A DNA stretch of 64,000 bases from Eledone cirrhosa. Taxonomy: Eukaryota. The notes beneath the pieces are model-generated. The model worked only from the letters and a program-made list of their open reading frames with translations, ran no database searches and had not been told where the DNA came from. The position numbers and the translations under genes were made by a program. Below are positions 57,765 to 64,000 of this stretch, one piece after another. Location of the stretch: positions 17,546,001 through 17,610,000 of the forward strand of contig OZ024753.1 of assembly GCA_964016885.1 (NCBI GenBank). Reading direction: 5' to 3'. Position 1 is the stretch's first letter; the number at the start of each line of letters is the position of its first letter.

Positions 57765-57844
<80 letters not shown>

Positions 57845-57852
<8 letters not shown>

Positions 57853-58517
57853 TAATATATTTGATAAACACAAATACCAACATATTCATGTTTGTATTGT
57901 AAATGACCAAGTTAGCTAGATTGAAATATACTAATAATAATATTACAGTTTGCCTATCTTGACTTAAGATAATAAATCAACAAAACCAAATCGTATTGGC
58001 AATGGCCGTGGTGCTTGGACAAATTTAAATTTCAAAATCAAACCTGTTCCGTAGACAGGTTTAAACTGTTTAAGTTGAGCTGAATTTAGCCCCATATAAA
58101 CGGCTGTTATTTCTAGCAGCACGAGTATGAGACTAGCTAGACACTGGATAACCGCGTGAAATTACCTCGTGCGCTAAACAGTCTTTCTAAATATTTTGAA
58201 GTGGAACATACCAATTTTTATAGTGCTTGCTGAGGAGATCAAAATGCGGTATTTCTTCCACTTTTTCATTATTCGAAACATATTTGGATTTTAAGGTTTA
58301 AACCTGTCTACGGAACAGGTTTGATTTTGAAATTTAAATTTGTCCAAGCACCACGGCCATTGCCAATACGATTTGTTTTTGTTGATTTATTATCTTAAGT
58401 CAAGATAGGCAAACTGTAATATTATTATTAGTATATTTCAATCTAGCTAACTTGGTCATTTACAATACAAACATGAATATGTTGGTATTTGTGTTTATCA
58501 AATATATTAATTTATAT
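57845..58517. repeat. Inverted repeat with arms of about 220 bp and a spacer of about 230 bp, in (TA)n
   Basis: 57845-58066 is the reverse complement of 58296-58517. Confidence 0.9.
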
Positions 58518-58521
58518 TAAC

Positions 58522-58579
<58 letters not shown>

Positions 58580-59018
58580 TACCATCTAAAGAACAATGTG
58601 AGATCGAAGTAATAAACAGAAAATTAGGTATAAATAAGTATTTATCTAATACATTGAAGTTTTACTATCTCCACACGCGTCTGATTTATTTCAGAGAAAA
58701 TATATTTGAAACCTTGCATAATAATAACGTCTAGCAAAATAAAGTGTCACATATTGTTTTGACATTTTCAGACAGAAGTTAACTCCACCAAGATGAGTTC
58801 CTGTGGTGTGTCCAATATTTAATGCGTATATATATATATATATATAGGCATACAATGTTATACATGCACAGCCATCCATATATATATACATAAGAATTTT
58901 TTTCTCCCTCTGTGTGAGGATATATATATATGAGAGAGAGAGAGAGACATTCATATATATTCTAATATATATGAATAGACGGCTGTGCATATATAACATT
59001 ATATATATATATAGATAA

Positions 59019-59049
<31 letters not shown>

Positions 59050-59319
59050 AATAGATATACACGTATGTATGCATGAACACTCTGTTTCACACGCACACAT
59101 CACATACATACACCTATACATAAACCTATAGACACAGACACCTAGAAATAGATATAAACACATATATTGCTGGCGCCTCTCGTCTTGCCAAATTTACCGG
59201 ATTTATTATAATTGTCTTATTAAGGCATCATTGAAGTAATATAACAAGACATATTTACTGCCATAGATGGCAACAATGGTATTTTCTATTAATCCGATTA
59301 TTTGTTCTTTCTAATCGTC

Positions 59320-60005
59320 TCATATTTTCGACGATAGTACCATATTTTCTGCGATAGTACCATATATTCGGCGATAGTACCATATTTTCGGCGATAGTAC
59401 CATATTTTCGGCTATAGTACCATATATTCGGCGATAGTACCATATTTTCTGCGATAGTACCATATATTCGGCAATAATTGTTTCTACTTTTGGCACAAGG
59501 CCAGCAATTACCCAGTGCATTACTGGTACTTTATTTTATCGACCCCGTAAGGATGAAAGGCAAAGTTAACCTCGGCGGGATTTGAACTCAGATTGGAAAG
59601 GGCCGTAACTCTATGCGTCAAAGCATGGTGTCCGACCCTCTACCGATACTACGAATCCACCGCCATATATTCTGCAATAATACCATATTTTCGGCAATAG
59701 TACTATATTTTCGGCAATAGTACCATATTTTCGGCAATAGTACCATATATTCGGCGATAGTACCATATATTCGGCAATAGTACCATATTTTCGGCAATAG
59801 TACCATATTTTCGGCGATAGTACCATATTTTCTGCGATAGTACCATATATTCGGCAATAATGCCATATATTCGGCGATAGTACCATATTTTCGGCGATAG
59901 TACCATATTTTCGGCGATAGTACCATATTTTCGGAGATAGTACCATATTTTCGGCAATAGTACTATATTTTCGGTGATAGTACCATATTTTCGGTGATAG
60001 TACCA
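59320..60005. repeat. 20-bp minisatellite (catattttcggcgatagtac)n interrupted by a SINE
   Basis: About 24 units either side of the SINE. Confidence 0.92.
59478..59663 (-). mobile_element. Full-length SINE A with a probable 17-bp TSD
   Basis: catatattc(g/t)gcaataa at 59461-59477 and 59664-59680. Confidence 0.85.
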
Positions 60006-60751
60006 AAACCTGCACCACGGTCCAACATTTAAACTCCGTTCCATTGTTTTTGAAACATTTTCACAGGCAGCACACTTTGCTAAAAATAATTTCTCGAGGT
60101 TTTGTTTTTTGTTACGGAAACTTCTTTGATTTTAAGTCTTCGAGTTTCTATGACCGACTTAAATTGTATGAGTCCGAGCTAGTCTATTTAAATATTTGTT
60201 ATATAACATTATTATCGTTAACAGAATTTATTTAACGTAGCTCTTTAAATTATATTTATATATTCTATTATTGTTTTAATGGTTCCTGTATCAATCATTT
60301 GTCGGCGATCTATATGTGTGTCTATCTGTCTGTATATGTCTATATCTATATATGTATCTATCTATACATGTGTCTATCAAACTAGCTATTAAGGTATGAT
60401 CGGTACCGATCTTGTCCGAGTCTGGAATCGATACTTTCTCAGACTTCTGGATATACTTTATTTTCGTCACCATCGTATTTTTTTTTACTGTCAAACATTT
60501 CGTTTTCCATGCGATTTCAGTACTCTATAAGATTTAATAAACAAGAATTAATCATATTGGCTACGCACGCACGTACGCACGCACACACGCACATTACTTT
60601 CTGTTAATCTACTTTTTCCAACTCTATCTTCTGATGAAGGAACAGTGTGCGATACATTAAGACTCCTTTCCTGGCATTTCAAGCATTAAACTAATATATT
60701 TCTTCCATATACTGTGTCGTTTCTTTAGTTATCTTTGTTTACCTTTTACAT

Positions 60752-60849
<98 letters not shown>

Positions 60850-60961
60850 TATATATATTTATATTAATTCAAAGGGTATATATATATATAAATTAGACAA
60901 AGTCACAGATACATATATGCGTTTGGCAACCATTCACGGTGTGGCTCAATGAAGAATTAAT

Positions 60962-60993
<32 letters not shown>

Positions 60994-61084
60994 GGAACGA
61001 TCGACTTTCGTCAAATCGGATCGAGAGAACAATGTTTCCGTTGGTCTTTCCAATTGCTAATACTATCTATCGGTCGCAACTCCA

Positions 61085-61210
61085 GGTAGAAGGAGCGACG
61101 TGAAATAAAGTGTCTTGCTCAAGGACATAACGCATCGCCTGGTCCAGGAATCAAACTCACAACCTTACGATTGCGAATCCAATTCTCTAACCACTCACCC
61201 ACACGCCTTC
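61085..61210 (-). mobile_element. SINE family B 5' part
   Basis: gtgaaataaagtgtcttgctcaaggaca...ctctaaccact is the reverse complement of the 47308-47410 type. Confidence 0.65.
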
Positions 61211-61212
61211 AA

Positions 61213-61249
<37 letters not shown>

Positions 61250-61437
61250 TGTGTTAACGGTTTGATTTATTCGTGTATTACCAAATGATTGCTGGAACTA
61301 AATACGACCAGCTCTTTAAGACGTGATAACAAATTTAGTAGAATTTGAAATGGTAGATATAGCATCACATGTTCTTAAATTACGAGTTAACCATCGTTAC
61401 CATCATCACGCGAGGTATTGAAACAGTGCTGTTGAAA

Positions 61438-61600
61438 TAATTGTTTCTACTTTTGGCACAAGGCCAGCAATTATCCCAGTGCATTACTGGTACTTTATTT
61501 TATCGACCCCGTAAGGATGAAAGGCAAAGTTAACCTCAGATCATAAAGGGAGGTAACTCTATGCTTCAAAGCATGGCGTCCGACCCTTACCGATACTGCG
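61438..61600 (-). mobile_element. SINE A copy with an internal deletion
   Basis: ttgtttctacttttggcacaagg...gcaaagttaacctc. Confidence 0.8.
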
Positions 61601-62091
61601 TTGAAATAATGGCGCTGAATCGTTCGATCAATCAGAATTAATTCTTAGTTGTTTGCAAGCAGTGCCCTGAGGTTAATGTATATAACATACTAGTATTTCC
61701 GTTGCTGATGTGAGATTTGCCTGAGGTTAAGCAGAAGCGTTCATCTGGTGAATATTCTGGGAATTGATACGGGATATGGTTTTGTATGCCAGTTGGAGAG
61801 TGAGAGCTGTCTGATAGAGCTAAGTTAGTTATTACGGAATATTTAGGGCCACTGGCAGGAATTTTGCTAACGCTTCTCTAGTTACAGCAAGACGTTGATA
61901 AATGTTGCATGCTGCTGCATAATGTTCAATTTCTCGTGAAGACAAAACTGGCAGTAGCAGACACAGCAGTGTAAGATGGTGTCCTGTCTAGGGTACTCCA
62001 TTTGATATGGCTGACTTTTGCCCCCTAAGAACTGAAGTTACGAAATAAAACGAAACATATATGCATAGTCATCTCTGCCTCCTGAAGCAAA

Positions 62092-62152
<61 letters not shown>

Positions 62153-62992
62153 CCCGCGCTGGCTTAATCTGCCATTAAACTCATTGTTTCTTAGGCTTGT
62201 ATAATCTCCGTGGATTCCATCAGGCAATAAAAAGAGTAGGTTTGTAAACCACAGCCACTGCGAAGCAGAATCCATCCAGAGGATATTTGATAAGGTTTCG
62301 GCTGTTATAGACCTCACCACATGTACTGTCTTGTCACGTGCATGTAATATCTTAGCATTTAAAACGTCCCGTTATTCCTCTACCAAATATTATAAAGAAT
62401 GTGTTTGCTATAACACACTTATGCAGAATTAACAGAAATATCATTGAAAAAGTAGGTCACCTACTTGAGGTTTTATTTTCTGGGAAACACCAGGTATTCG
62501 ACTAGTTTACTTATAAATATACATGTCCATTTTGTTTATATAGAATCAATAGAATTCCAGCCGACGTAGCTAAAATTCTGTACATGTTCTCGGGCTAATT
62601 ACGAAATATCAAACTAAAATTAGTGTAATTCCTGATTACATCACATCTGGAGAGAAAAACATTATCAAAATATGTTTCTGCAACAACATTTAATGTAAAA
62701 ACAAATAAGAACGTAATTACCGCTTAATTATGTAACAGATTAATGAACTTTCATGATAGGAAGAATGGGATTTTATACCGTTGAACTTGATTCATTTTGA
62801 TATGTAAATAATATATAAATAGTAGAATATGGCGAGTGACCTCAAGGCAGATATTATCAAGAAAATGTTAAAAGACAGTAAAAATAAAACTTGTTTACTC
62901 GAAATGACTTCCATGTAAGTTTATTTGTGGCAGTTAAACATAGTACGTATTTTAAATCAATACATTTGTTTGAAAAATAGCTCATATATATA

Positions 62993-63028
<36 letters not shown>

Positions 63029-63691
63029 CATTGTTGTTTTGGTAACAAAAGTTGCTCGTCAGTGTTGTGTTTTATCACCACAATTAACGAATTATAGCGC
63101 AATCCACCTAAAGTACTCCACGTCAGTTGAACACATCCAGGTGATGTCTGAGATCACGCAGATCGCTAGACGACGGAGTATCTTTATATTAGTACATATG
63201 AAGAGACGGTTCTAAGTTTCCATAGTTCAATTTATTTATTTGTTATGTAATAAAGCATAGTATGCAAATGTAGAACTGTGTTCTTATATTTACTAAGGTG
63301 AGGAGAAGAAAGCCATTGAAGGTGCCGCTAAATAACCAATCGATCTGCTAGAACTAGAAACCAAGTCCTCCTTCAAATTACACGTTTCTGTTTATAAAAA
63401 TAAGGAAAATAAATCGAGTTTTCCAAATACTATCTCTAAGAAAGAGATGGGATAGCCACGAGTGGAGTTTTTGATTCTGTGTTCAATTCTACGCAGGTGC
63501 ATCGGCCCTCATTTTTCCGAGTCGGGGTACTTTTCACCATTTTCTTAATTATTATTTATAATGATGCTTAATTTTTAAGATAATTGCGTTGATTAGGAAG
63601 AGTAGCCGCAGGTTTGATAAAAACAATGAAATTAATAACGCCAAAATTAATTGCAGTTATCTCCCTTTCAATACTGATCATTGTCATTCAT

Positions 63692-64000
63692 ACTTGACTA
63701 CTCAAGTGTGTGTTGTATTGTTACACAGTGTTATAATTACCTTGATTACTCAGGTGTGTACTGTATTGTCACAGTGTTATAATTACCTTGATTACACAGG
63801 TGTGTACTGTATTGTCACACTGTTATAATTACCTTGATTACTCAGGTGTGTACTGTATTGTAACAGTGTTATAATTACCTTGATTACTCAGGTATGTACT
63901 GTATTGTCACAGTGTTATAATTATCTTGATTACTCAGGTGTGTACTTTATTGTCACAGTGTTATAATTACCCTGATTACTCAGTATGTACTGTATTGTCA
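63692..64000. repeat. 46-bp minisatellite running off the window end
   Basis: acagtgttataattaccttgattactcaggtgtgtactgtattgtc, about 6.5 copies. Confidence 0.92.

Noticed and set aside
59320-60005. 20-bp repeats (also 54463-54720, 63692-64000 and 1487-1846) as a CRISPR-like array
   Set aside because: Head-to-tail units without unique spacers, eukaryotic context and no cas genes.
60625-60690. ctgatga motif as a hammerhead (similar weak motifs at 11858, 50155 and 58230)
   Set aside because: GAAA and/or stems I and III cannot be completed, so these are at most decayed remnants.

Overview
Eukaryotic, AT-rich, repeat-dominated non-genic (intergenic or intronic) DNA. The SINE families and giant (TA)n tracts suggest a cephalopod such as an octopus (inference only). 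I found no intact host gene. The only recognisable host-derived sequence is a decayed histone H2B pseudogene (1989-2217, minus). The window is a nest of retroelements associated with microsatellites. (1) A near full-length L1/Tx1-type LINE (5117-10873) and a 5'-truncated copy (27572-28547) are both embedded in (ATCT)n on both sides, suggesting a GATA-microsatellite-specific retrotransposon. (2) There are two families of Penelope-like elements (RT with YRDD plus C-terminal GIY-YIG) in (TA)n tracts. One is a complete inverted-plus-tandem insertion (40060-46527) whose pseudo-LTRs carry a hammerhead ribozyme with a non-canonical U3-A8 core and a long stem II. (3) Many short fold-back or palindromic modules in (TA)n tracts carry intact, variant or decayed minimal hammerheads, and some fold back exactly at the ribozyme's own hairpins. 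The window also holds CR1-like, RTE-like and CRE-like LINE fragments, a 1-kb non-autonomous Helitron, a TA-flanked TIR element, tRNA-derived SINEs and several minisatellites. Most listed ORFs (YI/IY-rich and similar) are microsatellite artefacts. Coordinates were counted by eye and may be off by a few bases.
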